A stretch of DNA of 64,000 nucleotides from Amphiscolops sp. MND2022 (Eukaryota), in the NCBI GenBank assembly GCA_964187785.1, contig OZ076413.1:41480001-41544000 (forward strand), written 5' to 3'. Of the stretch, positions 13,579 through 26,283 are shown in pieces; positions within the stretch are counted from its first letter, which is position 1; every line of letters begins with the position of its first letter. The notes beneath the pieces are model-generated. The model saw only the letters and a program-made list of their open reading frames with translations. It searched no databases and had not been told where the DNA came from. Position numbers and translations under genes: made by a program.

Positions 13579-14200
13579 TGTAAGGACTTAGATCTGTAGA
13601 TTTTCTGAGATCAAAGGCAGACCTAGAAACCCTCTTTGTTAAGTTCGCGTTTTACCTTTTTGGCTTGTCACCGAGACCACGATGGAGGACGTACCTGCCT
13701 CAGTGTCTTTTTGTCCCAAAGGCAAGTTTCCAAAGAATTTTTGTATTTCAGGAATAACTCTGTTGCTAATAGCGGAATTTATGGCCCTATTAACCTGGAT
13801 ATGCATCATGTTCATTAATGAGTCCATTTCTTGAGAAAATTTCTTACTCATTTCACTTGACAAAATGTCTATAGATTCTAATAATCTATCCTGTCTGGGA
13901 ACTTCAATTTCAGTTTCAATGTCCCTAATATCAAATTCCTGAGATGAGTTTTCTCGGAAATGAGGAAGAGCCTCAGTGTCGTCGAGGTCTATAGGCCCGT
14001 TCATGACATTTTCCAATTCTCTTCGAATTGAGTAGAGTTATCTCCTCCTAACATTATGTCCTTATTTCCATAATAGGAGAAAATGTCCTTTTCTCTTGAT
14101 CTCCTTGCTTTCGCTTTCTGTGTCCTAGTTGAAGGCATGAGAAGGTGATTCAGGGAGGTTACAATAAGTTTTCCTCACTTGTACTACTTCCAATCAATTG
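13579..14200 (-). mobile_element. Gypsy LTR fragment carrying the LTR-encoded MPSTR ORF
   Basis: ATG at 14138 gives MPSTRTQKAKARRSRE...NKDIMLG, then SQEMDSLMNMMHIQVNRAINSAISNRVIPEIQ and, after a frameshift, SAFDLRKSTDLSPY, ending at CCTTACA (13579). Homologous to 37103-37663 and to the LTR ORFs at 41632-42214 and 53755-54214. Right boundary uncertain. Confidence 0.65.
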
Positions 14201-15228
14201 TTTCAACCTTCTAACAATGTTCCATCAAATCAATCGCAGTTGTGCTGGATGGAGTGCAGGTTTCCATCGCATGCGGCAGCCTGGGACACCAATCCTTCTC
14301 CAAATGATGATGAACTGGAGATCAAGTAACTTTGCTTAAAACATAGCGGTGTGAAACATTTCAAACTGCAACTGGCAGAGTGTGAAAACTTCAATTGCTC
14401 TTTGTTTAATGCAGGAGCTGAACGCTTTCTTAAAATTTGACCAATCATGCCGCTGAGTCTTATACCAAAAGTGAGTTTGTTTTTACACTGTACGGTTTTC
14501 TGTCATGTGAGCCATGATCATGTTTTGTATGGCACAGCCAACCCTCCTCCTTCCGTACTATTTCTCGACCCTCCAGCTTCCGTCAAATCAGCTGCTTTAA
14601 ACTGTGACGTTTTTGTCATGAGTTTGTTTGCCTTTGCGCTCTACGCGAAATCAACTCAATCAATTTCGGGGACAATAAAGGTTAAAGTAAGTAAGATTAG
14701 CCGAAATAACCGCTGATCTATTCATCGATGGGAATGGAATTTGACCAACTAATGAAATCAGCGATTATCTCGAATGTATTTTAACGTGTCTTTCCAACAT
14801 TATTTCACGCCTACGCTTAGTTTCCACATTAAAAAACTGGAGTCAGTGTTATAGGGTTAAATCAATATTTGAAATTATTTGTATTGATCTGTGGATTTAT
14901 GTAAGAAGAAGGCCAACATGGAAGACACGCGCTTATCGAAGTAGCAACTTCGTTCTGACTTGGTTGAGCAGTTTTTCAGTAGTGCCGAATTTTCGCTTTT
15001 TCATTTGAGAAGCCGTAAACTCCAATCCAATATCGAAACTCAAATCTATTTGAATATAAACCGAAGATTCAGAGAAAAAAATTGTCCAAATGGCAGTGAA
15101 GAGTAAATGAAATTATATTAAATTTGAGTCGATGAGAATCGCCATCTTGAAAATTGAATTATCAACTTCCGAGCGATAAGGCAATTTTCTAAATTAGGCT
15201 TTTTGAATGTTGAACTAATGATTCTAGT

Positions 15229-15405
15229 TGTTATGTTCGGTTCAATCCGGTTTACATGATTACATGACCTCTACCGAGATTCGGTCTACAAACTTACAGA
15301 CTGTCTAGTGCCTAGATACCAGAGTTGTGTACCAACAAACTCAATCTTTATTAAATTACATTTGATACATTTGAACAACTGTGTTGGATAGAAAACAGTC
15401 TAGAA
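15229..15405 (+). repeat. 5' LTR (3'-truncated)
   Basis: Starts TGTTATG and has 5 mismatches in 177 nt versus the 3' LTR. It runs straight into gag sequence with no PBS. Confidence 0.9.
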
Positions 15406-18400
15406 GACACAAGATAGACATTGCACCGCTACTGAAAGGAGAAGATGTAACAGATACCGGGTGGACCGGAAAAAAAAACAAATAATTCAAGAAGATTTCC
15501 TGTGGGAAGTGGGACCGGAAGCACTTTATCAACTAACTAGGGCCGAATATAAAACAGAACCCGACAGTATAAAAGTGAAAGACTTGATCCGGTTGTTCAC
15601 CGAATTTTACATGCCGAAAAGAAACACTTACCACAACTGCGGAGACTTCTTCTGGGCAAAACAGACAGAAGAAGAAACATCGGAAGAATTCTGGAGACGA
15701 CTAATCGAAATCGAAAAAGAGTGTAATTTCAACACCACTTCGGCATAAGAGTTGTTGATATCAAAATACATGACCGCAATTACCGATAAACAAATACGGG
15801 ACAAAATAATGAAAGAAAAGACACTGGAATTGGAGAAGGTAATTGAACTGATTAAACAAATCACATACGAAAAGAAAAACAAAAAGAACACAATACCGGA
15901 AGCTTTGATATCAACAAAAGAAAAACAAATTATAAAGGAAGAACCAATACAAAGAATGAAACGATTCGGTACAAGACCGAAAAATAAAATTTTCGGAAAC
16001 CGGACATGCAGATTTTGTACCGCACCAAATTGGACACCAATGCATAAATGCCCCGCGCTAGACGCTAACTGCAACAAATGCGGCAAGAAATGACACTACG
16101 CAAAAGCATGCAGACAGAATACAAGCAACAACCGAAAGTGAAAAGACTAACCGAAGACGAACCGAATGAAACGGACGGACCATCAAGAGAATTCGAAGAG
16201 AGCATTCACCACATGAAAGAAATAAAGAAAATCGACGAAACAAACAAGCACTTTACCACAACGTTAAAGATCAATGGAAGGAATATCGAAAGCATTTATA
16301 ATAGATACCGGATCACCAATATCATTATTGCCACCGGATGAAAGAATTACAAAATCAACCGAGATAAAGAAAAAAACAAACCGATACCAAGATGTGAACA
16401 AGAACGAAGTAAAATTCCGGAAAAATTCCGGTAAACGTTGAATACGAAAATAAGAAACAAAAAATGGAAATCTTGATAACCGAAAGAACAGATATGACAC
16501 CATTACTGGGGATGGACTGGATGAAGAAATTCAAACTAACGATCAGTAAAATACAATTGGCCGACAACAACCAATCAGAACGCGAGAAAGTATTCAACAA
16601 ATTTTCGGACTTATTTGAGAACAATGAAACGATAAAAGACACCGAGATAAACATCCAAATAAAACCGGGACAGTACCCGGTAAAACAAAAAGCAAGACCG
16701 ATTCCATTACATTTTCAAGAAGACGTCGGACGCGAATTAGAAAAACTGATAAAATCCGGACACTTAGAAAAAATAAACGATGTGGATGAAGGTTGTTTTG
16801 TATCAACGGTAGTTATAACAGTGAAAAGCGACAAATCTGTAAAAATAGCATTAGACTCAAGAAACTTGAATGACAGTTGTATCAAATTGAGACCCCACAT
16901 GGCCAACATGGAAGAGTTATTGAATCAAGTTTCGGTGGAAATTACACGTGACCGAACAGTTAAACTTTTTATATCAAAAATAGATCTAGACTACGCTTAC
17001 GGACAAATGAGATTTTCAGAAGAAACAATTTGACAATGCGTATTTGCACTAACCGGGGGAAAATTTAGAGGGTACTAGCGATTTAAAAAGGGGTTTTACG
17101 GACTTGCCGATATACCTACAAACTTTCAAGAAAAAATAAACCGAACACTGGAATACTGCACACCGGCATCCCTGGACGATATAAATGTAGTAACACGGGG
17201 AAGCAGACAAGACCATGAGAAGAAATTGTTTGAGGTCTTGAATAAACTGGGAAAAGCTGGCTACCGAGCCAGTGAAAAGAAGTCAGAATTTTTCATGAAC
17301 TGAATAAAATGGTTGGGACACGAAATCGACGAGAACGGAATCAAACCGAATGAAGAAAAAGTGGAAGCAATACTGATGCTAAAACCCTCGGAAAATACAA
17401 AAGAGTTGAAATCATTTCTCGGGGCAAAACAATATATGGCAAAATTTCTACCGAAGCTCTCGGAACAAACCGACCGACAACGAAATTTATCTTTGGAAAT
17501 GGGGAGAAGAACAGCAAAAAGACTTTGAAAAAACAAAACGAATGCTAACCGAAGGCCCATGCCTAGCGCACTACGCAAAAGACAAAGAGAACATAGTAAC
17601 AACGGACGCTAGCACTACCTGTCTGGGAATAGCATTATGGCAAAAACAAGATGACGGAAACACAAAACCGATAGCATTCGGAAGCAGATACTTGAACGAT
17701 ACCGAAAAAAAAATATTTCTATTGGTGAATTAGAAATACTAGCAGTAGTGTGGGGGCTCAAAAAATTCCGATTTTATTTATACGGGAAATAGGTGTATCT
17801 ATATACCGACCACCAATCATTAGAATCAATAATCAATAGAAACCGGAGTGACAAACAATACAGCGCGCGATTAACAAGATGGTTAGATCGTTTCTCAATT
17901 TGATACAACAATACAACATATAGCAGGCAATAACTTGAAATTCACCGACTAGCTTAGGAAAAATCCGGTAGGGCGAGCCACACCGGACAAAATTTACGAT
18001 GAGGAACACGTCAATAACATCCTGGCCGAACAAGCAAAATTGAACATAAAATACGGACCAATACTCGCCGACCGATCAAAACGCGAGAAAAGAATAACCG
18101 AAACAAGGAGAGATACATCCGAAGAACAAAGTAAGAATTGCGCGAACCAATCACAGACGATTAAAATATTCGAGAACAAAAACAGCGTGAACAAAGACCA
18201 ACGAAACGCAAAAACGACATTCGAGCAGTCCGAAATTAGCACGCGAGAGCCAAGTTACTCAACGAAAGAGATTAAAAGATCAAATCAAATTCCAAAAATT
18301 CAAAAATTAGATACGGATATTACCAAAATGAATAGCGAAAACTTTTATCACTGGGTCGCCATACGCGAAATCATGGAGATTATCCTCAGACGGAACAACA

Positions 18401-20361
18401 GTCCAGAAACACGCCGACTGATAGAACAGAGAAATGAAATATCCTGACGAGGAACATTACGACGCCGGTATGACCACTATACACAACGGACAGTATTCGC
18501 CCCATCAAGACCAAGTAAAAAAAGCAGAGAGGAAATTGCAGAGATCGACGCAGAAATAATGATAAAAGCCAATCGATTGGGCGGCGGATACCAACCAGTA
18601 ATAGAAGAACAAGACGAACCGGAAAAAATACGGGAAGAAGACGAACTGGAAATTGAAAATGTCGAAACAGAAGAAGACAGCGTCATAATGCGGGACGACA
18701 ACTTGCCGATTGTAGACCTTAGCAAATACAATACGGAAGGAAAGGAAGCAAAATCGATACAAATCAACCACATTGTGGGAAAATTAACAAGCACAAATTA
18801 ACAAGAAGATAACGGACGAACATATAAAGAAAGCGGAATTCGAGTTCACGATGGACTTGAGGACACTCATCGCCAAAACAGCAATCGACCCGGAGTTAAC
18901 CTGTGTCAGAAATAGCATGAGAAGAGAAGACCGGGAAACAATTCCGGATGGCTACTGGACGGAATTCGATAAGTTGTCGAAAGGATGGGGACTAGTCTTC
19001 GTCGACGACTAAATTGTGGTACCGATCGACCTAAGACGAAGACTTCAGGATATTATTCATTTTGGGCTTTCCGGCATAACGAAGATGATATCGGAAGCAC
19101 GTATATACTGGTGGCCCGAAATGAAGCAGGACATTGAAAACAAAGTGAAAGATTGTACAGCATGCCTTGCATCAGGTAAAAACCTTGAAAACCAATTACC
19201 GAAAAAACACTACAGAAAATTAGAAAAACTAAGCAAACCCGGCTAAGAAATACAAATTGATTTCACCGGAACGTTACATAACAAAAATATACACGGAGAG
19301 TCACAAAAACTAACAGCAAAAGATAGATTTAGCAAATGTCCGACCGTAAAAGTTTGCAAGTCAGCGGAAGCCAGAGAAGTCACAAACTTTCTATCGAGTA
19401 AGTTTAATACCTGAAAAAATCAAATCCGATAAAAAAGGAGCATTTGTTAATAAAGAATACCAAGAACTCTGCAAAAACCGAAATATCGAAATTGAATATT
19501 GCACTCCCCGAGTACATACGGGTAACAGAACAGTAGAAAGGGCAATACAAACATTGAAAAATCTAATTATAACAAACATGGAAGATGGCATAAGACTAAC
19601 TGAAAGCGTAAATTGAGCATTACGCGTAATGCGGTTTACAATACATACCGGAATAAAATTACCGCCATTAGAATTACACCACGGTAGAAAACCGAGAACC
19701 GAATTGACAAATATTGTTAAAGATGGAAAATCATACCTATCGAATTGGTCAGAACTATCTGTTTCAGCATTCGGTTAGATATCCCTTCTATTTTGTTGAA
19801 AAAAAATACAACAAAAAATCATTGGAAGGAAAATTTCAAAACAAAATTCAAACCGCTATAAGCGGAACCGAAAGCACTATTAAAACGGACACTGGAAAAA
19901 CAAGTAACCGAAAGTTTAAATCGGGACCATTATTTCAGACCGAACGAAAGAGCAGAAAAGAACCGGCACTAAACTCAACCGGAGAAATAAACTCAAAAAA
20001 CCGGCACTGCCTACGCGGACTGGACGGGAAGTACGGCCAATGGGATGAAATCCATCGGGACATCCTGAACGGCAAACTAAAAATCGTTCAAAACAAAAAG
20101 CGGGCAGAAAGCGATACCGACGACGATGATGATGACGAAGACGATGAAGAAATGCCGGAAGAAACCGGAACACCAATAGTATACGACACATTTGAGAAAG
20201 ACGGAAGATACGTGCCAATATGGACAAAAGCGGAAGAAGACGCACTACAACTACATACCGACAGCAAAATAACGGTAGAGAAATTAGAAACACAAATGAG
20301 ACGAACTAACCGAGAGTGTAAAAAACCGAAAATACGTTATACTGGAAAATTCTGGGGATGA
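15406..20361 (+). pseudogene. gag-pol remnant with many stops and frameshifts
   Basis: ORF fragments 15461-15748, 15752-16093, 16464-17033, 17313-17528, 17542-17733, 19016-19246 and 19714-20361 lie in different frames; retroelement motifs are seen in most of them. Confidence 0.88.
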
Positions 20362-20538
20362 AATATAAATGTTTAACATACACTATTTACAATATAGGTA
20401 CTGTGTGGAATAGACACAAGGGAACACCAAAACCGGAGACGGTACAGAAGCCAGCGGACTTCCTCCCAGAAGAATCTACACCCCAGGCCCCTCTAGCCGA
20501 AATTAAAGAAGAATACGAGAAGAGAATAGGGGGAGAAA

Positions 20539-20729
20539 TGTTTTATTCGGTTCAATCCGGTTTACATGATTACATGACCTCTACCGGGATTCGGTCTACA
20601 AACTTACAGACTGTCTAGTGCCTAGATACCAGAGTTGTGTACCAACAAACTCAATCTATATTAAATTACATTTGATACATTTGAACAACTGTGTTGGATT
20701 GAAAACAGTCTAGAACTAGAGATATAACT
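20539..20729 (+). repeat. 3' LTR preceded by polypurine tract
   Basis: AGAATAGGGGGAGAAA immediately precedes TGTTTTATTCGG. The end GATATAAC is inverse to the TGTTAT start. Confidence 0.9.
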
Positions 20730-20862
20730 TGTATTCCTTTCTCATTTTCATTATACCAGTAGAATACAACACTAGTCAGCTCTTACTTTTTTAGTTCTGT
20801 GAGATTTATGTTTGAAATGCTATTAGAGCAATTTGGAAACCTAAATCTATAGCTCCTAATTG

Positions 20863-21403
20863 TTTTCAGTCGGCGCATTTCAGTAGAAAATGAGCCCGAC
20901 TATTACAGTGGGTAGTTTATTTTAGACGCGTAATGTCCACTTTTTTGTTTCTTTGTTCAACAACATCAACTTGAGCTACGGACATTCAAAACATACTCGA
21001 AATGCCAGAACCTCGTCCAAAACAAAAACATCGACGTCCTGAACCGAGAAAACATACTAAGGATCCCCCTTTGGTGTTTTTCACTCGAATTTTTTTTGGT
21101 ACTATGTGACTTTTTTTGGAATTTTTTGGATTGCACCAAAGGGTCTCCCCTTCGTTTGCTTGGATTTTTTGCAACACAATGGATGTCAAAAAATCCCAAA
21201 GGGTCCCCCTTTTACATTTTTCGGCACTGTGACGCTGTTCAAAAATGTCATTTTCAATGAAATTTTTTAAAATCGCCCTAGGGTGCCCCTTCATTTTTTT
21301 TCATATTTTGCAACCAACTGGAGTTTCACAAAGTCCAAAGGAGGCCCCGTTTTACAATTTTGAGCCTTAAATATAGCGCCGACTTGGCCGTTCCTGGCTT
21401 GTT
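20863..21403 (+). mobile_element. Apparently complete DINE-1/Helentron-like non-autonomous element
   Basis: T-run, then subterminal IR AGTCGGCGC (20868-20876) with partial IR CCCGACT nearby, internal degenerate tandem units, GCGCCGACT (21376-21384), small stem-loop GCC-GTTCCT-GGC and terminal CTTGTT. Confidence 0.6.
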
Positions 21404-22282
21404 AAACACTCCACTGATGTGGATACGTTTTGAACACCATATAAAGGCAGCTTTGGATAAGTAGATGAGTGAAATGAATACAATACCAATGACGATCTTG
21501 GTGTTTAAAGCCTTTCATTCATATCATTTTGATTGTTTCAGGCCCACGTGTTTGCTTGTTCATTTTTCCATTATTTCTATATCTAAGGACAGTTTTATGT
21601 AACACTTTGTTTACTAAATCAACTAGAAACAAAAACATAGCTGAGAAATTCAAGTTTGTATTTCAAACTATAAACTTTCAGTACGAAGGTAAGCTTTTGG
21701 AATTCTACTGAGACTTAGCGTCGGTATAGAAAGCTGTTTTGCAAAAGATCACGTACAATAAACATCAGAACGACCATTTGAAATTTTTTGGCATAAAATT
21801 GGCTCGGATCTCAAATAAAACAGCTTTTCAACGCATGAACAAGTGCTGAATTTTCTCAGGCACCACTAAGACTTGAAGCCTGGTACTTTCTAACCATATT
21901 TGGATCTGGACTTACCACTAGCACTAGCTTAACCACAAACAAAATCTGTCTAAAAGTTTTCTGTATCTAGGGGTATGCTTTTAGATTCACCGCACGATCA
22001 AATGGCAGAATTATCATTATTATTACCAGATCGAAAAAAATTACCGGGGAGTGACTTACCTGATTGCGTGGATTTTGCAAGAAATGGGAGCGGTTTGGGA
22101 ACTCAACGAAGCGATGGTGCTATTCGGGTCCAAGCCACTACTTCGGATCAAAGGGTGAGTTTTGGCCATCAATTAAATCACATGAATGGTTAGAACTGGT
22201 TTTTGGATAAGTAAGAAAGTTTGAAGGCCTCTTGATTGAATCTAAGGAACCTTTGTTGTACCTCCGCGCTTTTGTCGACACA

Positions 22283-22638
22283 CCCAGGTTTTCGATCTTT
22301 GCGAATCTGTGCAGATCTGCAGGATTTTTGCAGATCTTTGCAGATATGTGCAGATTCGAAGAAAAATTTTGAGTGATCGAGAGTATCAACTGACTGAGCC
22401 TTGGTCAGCTAAAATAGTTGATGAAGTAGTTAAAGAAGTCCCAAAATGCAGTATATTGGTTTCTTAGAAGCTGCAGAAAAACATATTTCTGCGAAAATTT
22501 TTTAAAGAAAATCTGCACACTTCTGTAAAGATCTTGCAGATCTGTATGGATCTTCAAGATTCAGTGCAACGATCTTTGCGGAACCCTGCAGAAAAACTCT
22601 GCAGATCTGCAAAGATTCGCAAAGATCGAAAACCTGGG
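22283..22638. mobile_element. MITE with CCCAGG termini
   Basis: 40-bp TIR CCCAGGTTTTCGATCTTTGCGAATCT(G/T)TGCAGATCTGCAG with one mismatch, and internal GCAGATCT subterminal repeats. Flanks CA/CC give no clean TSD. Confidence 0.85.
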
Positions 22639-23414
22639 CCTTCCGAGTGCCGTTTACGACTTGAAATTGAATGAAACCTGTTCTAATTGCTTATCATTGG
22701 TAGGTTCAATTACCGATCCGACAGCGTGATAAAAAGAACCGTGATTGACACACACACTTATTTTCTGAATGCTTGATTTCAGTAGCAGTTCAAATTATCC
22801 TTTCAAGTTTTCACCAATTTCATATGACTTGGTGTATACCTATCCAAAGGTTATATCCAAAGATCAAGATAATCGTGACTTCAAAATTCTCCAAATGCAA
22901 AAGTTCAAAACGTTGCAAACGGTAAAAATAAAATAGGGAAGTTTCATAGAAATTTGTAGTGAAGTTCTGTGACCACAGTTACGAAAAACAAAAATTTCAA
23001 AAATCGTAAACTTTTTGTGAAATTTCTGGAAGTTTTCTAATTTTTAAACCAGATTTTTTAAAGCTTGTCATTGAAGTTTGTAAAACAACAATTAGATCAA
23101 ACTTTCTCTGGTATACCTCGTAAAATTGCACACAATTTTTCTGTAAACTAGAAAAGAAATTTGAGAACCCGTTCTGCTTTTCTAAGTCGGCGCCCTTTTG
23201 TGGTACTATATTTGCAGCCAAATGGTCAAGCAAGGGTGGATTTGAAGCTGTGGTTTCAAAGTGACTTGCTCAAGGTCACAAAGGTCTGACGGCTCACCGA
23301 TGATGCTCTTTTTGTTTTTGGTTTTCTCCGCCAAATGCGCTATTTTTTGTCACTAACCATACCACTAAGCTAGAGAAAAAAGGATGTGCTTACGGCCCAA
23401 CAATCGTGAGTTGA

Positions 23415-23477
23415 GAGATTGGAACCTGATACCGCCCCAGTACAGGCTGAATGCTCTAACCACTACACCATGCTCCC
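23415..23477 (-). mobile_element. tRNA-derived (SINE-head-like) segment
   Basis: Minus strand GGGAGCATGGTGTAGTGGTTAGAGCA...CAGGTTCCAATCTC has an A box and a degenerate B box, but no intact cloverleaf. Confidence 0.5.
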
Positions 23478-23919
23478 CACACTACATCATGCTCCCCTCA
23501 ATAGATGAGACAATTTGCTGCGAAAATTGCTGAGAAAATGCAATAGCTGACAAACTATGTATTGGCGATTGTTTTTAACATACTTGGGGTTGATTTTTAC
23601 ATTTTAGGCAATGGGGTTCGTTATTTTAGAACATTGCAGTGTTAAGACTTTACTAAAATTAACATTATAGTAACACGTTCCGTACTTGATCAACACAGAA
23701 CGCGAAATCATATAAATGAATCTCATTGGATAATTAAGGTCTCAGGCGCTCATTTCAAGTAAAATCAGGGGGTCGATTGAGCACTAAATTTCTCAAAAAC
23801 TTTGAGCAAAAGTAGACCAAAATTGATGAAAACATAATTTTGACCTAAATTTGGCTAAAAATGGCCTAAAAACTTTGCAATTTTCATCGCGTTGACAAAC
23901 CATGTGCTTCCTATGCATG

Positions 23920-24999
23920 CCCGGGTTGACCCTCTTACTAGCATCTTGGCTGTCTTGGCAAGATCTTGCCAAATTCTTATTACATCTTGGCAACCATGGA
24001 TCCCATAGCAAGATTCTTATTAAGATCTTACTAAGATAATACTTATTCCAAGATCGTATCTTATCACGATGGACGAAATTTTAAGATTATAAAAAAAACA
24101 CTATACCTTTGGTACAAGCAGCCGAGACTCAATCTAAAGGCTCATTTCACCCAACAACGACTATTTCTACTCGTTTTCATAATCAAAATGCTTAAACCGG
24201 CTGAAAAAATTTTGCATGCAAAAATGCGTGAAAAATTACGATAACGTATTCTGGCTTCCAAAATTTTTACGAGAATGCTAATAAGTCCTCACCTGTTTAA
24301 GACTGAGAAATGCGAATGTACCAAATGAAAGGTCATTTCAAGAGCTTTCCAAAACTTGTAATTTATCACTCCTGTCGATTCCAGAGGCGGAGAAATATGC
24401 TCTCAAACGTCCAGACACACTATCGAAAAGTTACAAAGGAAAGACCTTAAAATCCTGAAACTTTTGTAAATATCATATTTCCAGCTTTCTTTGAGCCTGT
24501 TTCAGCAGCCTTATTACTGCTAGAAACGGCGGTCATTGCTCTAATTTGGGTAATGCTTCAGCTCAAGGCTTTTCTGACGCCGTTGTTGGCGACAGTTTTG
24601 CAATTGTAAAGAACAATATCGATATCGAAATGGTTAAAAATCACTCAGTAATTTTGTTTTGAGTGATGTCTAGATTTTTTTCCATAACTCTTAATTTAAT
24701 GGTTTTCTGATTTTACTTTTTCTCGATATCGAGCAGTTCGTAGCAATTTTTTTCTTGCCATATTCGGCTTCTTAGTTAGATTTTTCTTGCCATATTGGGC
24801 TTCTTAGTAAGATTTTTCTTGCCATTTTGGGCTTCTTAGTAAGATTTTTCTTGGAAACATGGCTCTCTTGATAAGATCTTACCATGGCATCTTGCAATTC
24901 TTGGCAATATCTTGTCACGATCTTAGCTAAGATTTTTCCAAGATCTTGGCAAGATCTTGCCAAGATCTTACTAAGATATCCAAGGAGGGTCGACCCGGG
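23920..24999. mobile_element. Non-autonomous TIR element, CCC...GGG termini, 2-bp TG TSD (CMC/EnSpm-like)
   Basis: TIRs CCCGGGTTGACCCTC / GAGGGTCGACCCGGG with TG on both flanks. Subterminal arrays of AAGATCTT(G/A) units. It splits a CATG-rich repeat. Confidence 0.8.
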
Positions 25000-25617
25000 T
25001 GGTTCATGCATGGTCCATGCGAATCCCATGCATGGTTCATATACATAGTCATGCTGTTTTTGCATGGTATCACAGTGCCGAAAAAACGGAATTAAAAGTT
25101 AGGAAATGAAATGTGAAATGAAATGTTATGATAAGTAGATGTATACACCTACCTATTAGTAAACTAGTCCGCTCTGGTAATAGTTTAGATAGTTTTAGGA
25201 TGCTTCGCATAATTGCCGAATGTCTAACGAAATTTTTGACATAATTGATGTTGCAAGAAATGATTTGATCTTACAAAGCTGCATTGTTCGCGATTATTGC
25301 GTTGACTAAGTGCTATCCCAATCTTTCGACTATTTGCACGTATTTTGCAATGCAGTTTTGACTTACGCGTAATAATACGTAGTTGTATTTATTTTAACAA
25401 TCCGAATTCCGTTCATCAAAGCTAGCATAGTTCACCAAGATTGTGCATTCAATAAAAATGTGGTGCCATTCTTAGGAAACAGCTGAAGAATTCACAATGA
25501 CCAGTTACACAAATTCTATACTTCACAAATCCGATCATTTTTCAAAACACTTCTTTAGTTCAGCATCTCTGTCCTTGACCTTAGCTGGAATATCCTGCAT
25601 GAACAAAAAAGCACTCT

Positions 25618-26283
25618 TTGATTGGAAATGTCTTGTCTGTGTGGATTTTAGTAAAGACAATGTGTGATTTTTCAAAGGTCGAATTCAAGCCACAGATGAG
25701 TTACCCGGCCCCAAAACCCGCCAAACTGAAAATTTGCGACTCCAATAAAGCCAGCGAGAGGCAGCTGACCTTATGCCAGCCAATCTTGACAAACGTCGCC
25801 ACCAGAGACGGAATGGCGATTGTGAAAATCGACCGGGAAGCAGTATCGCATTTGCGAAACATTGGAATGAAAAACCGAAAAAGTTCTTCTGAGGAAAAGA
25901 CTGACTTTAATATTACCGTCCCCAACTTCACCTGGGCCTCAACTGAAGCATTCACTCTGAAGTCAGAAAACTTGCCCAAAATCAACGCTTCAGTGAAGAT
26001 CTTCTGGGACGGATGCTCGGGTAAAGAGGCGGGAAAGTTCGTGTCCGTGTTTGTGGAAATTTCTGACCTTGAGGGAAAGACGCTGGAAGGTCAGTTCGTG
26101 GTGACTCTGTTCCTGAAGAACCTGAAGGACGAGAATGGCAACTCGTTCAAGAAGAGCATCAAGTTGCATCCCTCCGGACCTCGAGTGGAGAGGGGAGTCA
26201 GAGACTTTGTACCCATTGAACAGTTCGATAAGTTGCTAGAAGAAGAATCTATCGTCAGTTTTGGGATCCTTGTCAAGCAATAA
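25618..26283 (+). CDS. MATH/TRAF-C-like domain protein, copy 2 (first ATG 25660)
   Basis: 221-codon open frame. The last ~105 codons differ from copy 1 at only 6 internal nucleotides. Shares the PILTNVATRDGMAIVKID motif. Confidence 0.7.
   Translation: MIGNVLSVWILVKTMCDFSKVEFKPQMSYPAPKPAKLKICDSNKASERQLTLCQPILTNVATRDGMAIVKIDREAVSHLRNIGMKNRKSSSEEKTDFNITVPNFTWASTEAFTLKSENLPKINASVKIFWDGCSGKEAGKFVSVFVEISDLEGKTLEGQFVVTLFLKNLKDENGNSFKKSIKLHPSGPRVERGVRDFVPIEQFDKLLEEESIVSFGILVKQ

Larger units (their letters stand above)
15229..20729 (+). mobile_element. Decayed Ty3/Gypsy LTR retrotransposon
   Basis: Direct LTRs 15229-15405 and 20539-20729, PPT at 20523-20538. Domains in order: gag zinc knuckle (CNKCGKK*HYAKAC), protease IIDTGSP (~16300), RT (IALDSRNLN, SKIDLDYAYGQ, LDDI ~17172), RNase H (TTDAS, YTDHQ), integrase (CTAC, QIDFTG, VERAIQTLKN). 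The PR-RT-RH-IN order is the Gypsy arrangement. Confidence 0.93.

Noticed and set aside
15628..20293. Minus-strand hydrophobic ORFs within the Gypsy element
   Set aside because: Antisense shadows of an A-rich coding strand.
24745..24860. ~28-bp repeats GATTTTTCTTGCCATATTGGGCTTCTTAG as CRISPR, and ORF 24772-25065
   Set aside because: Tandem subterminal repeats of the 23920-24999 TIR element; the ORF is a by-product.
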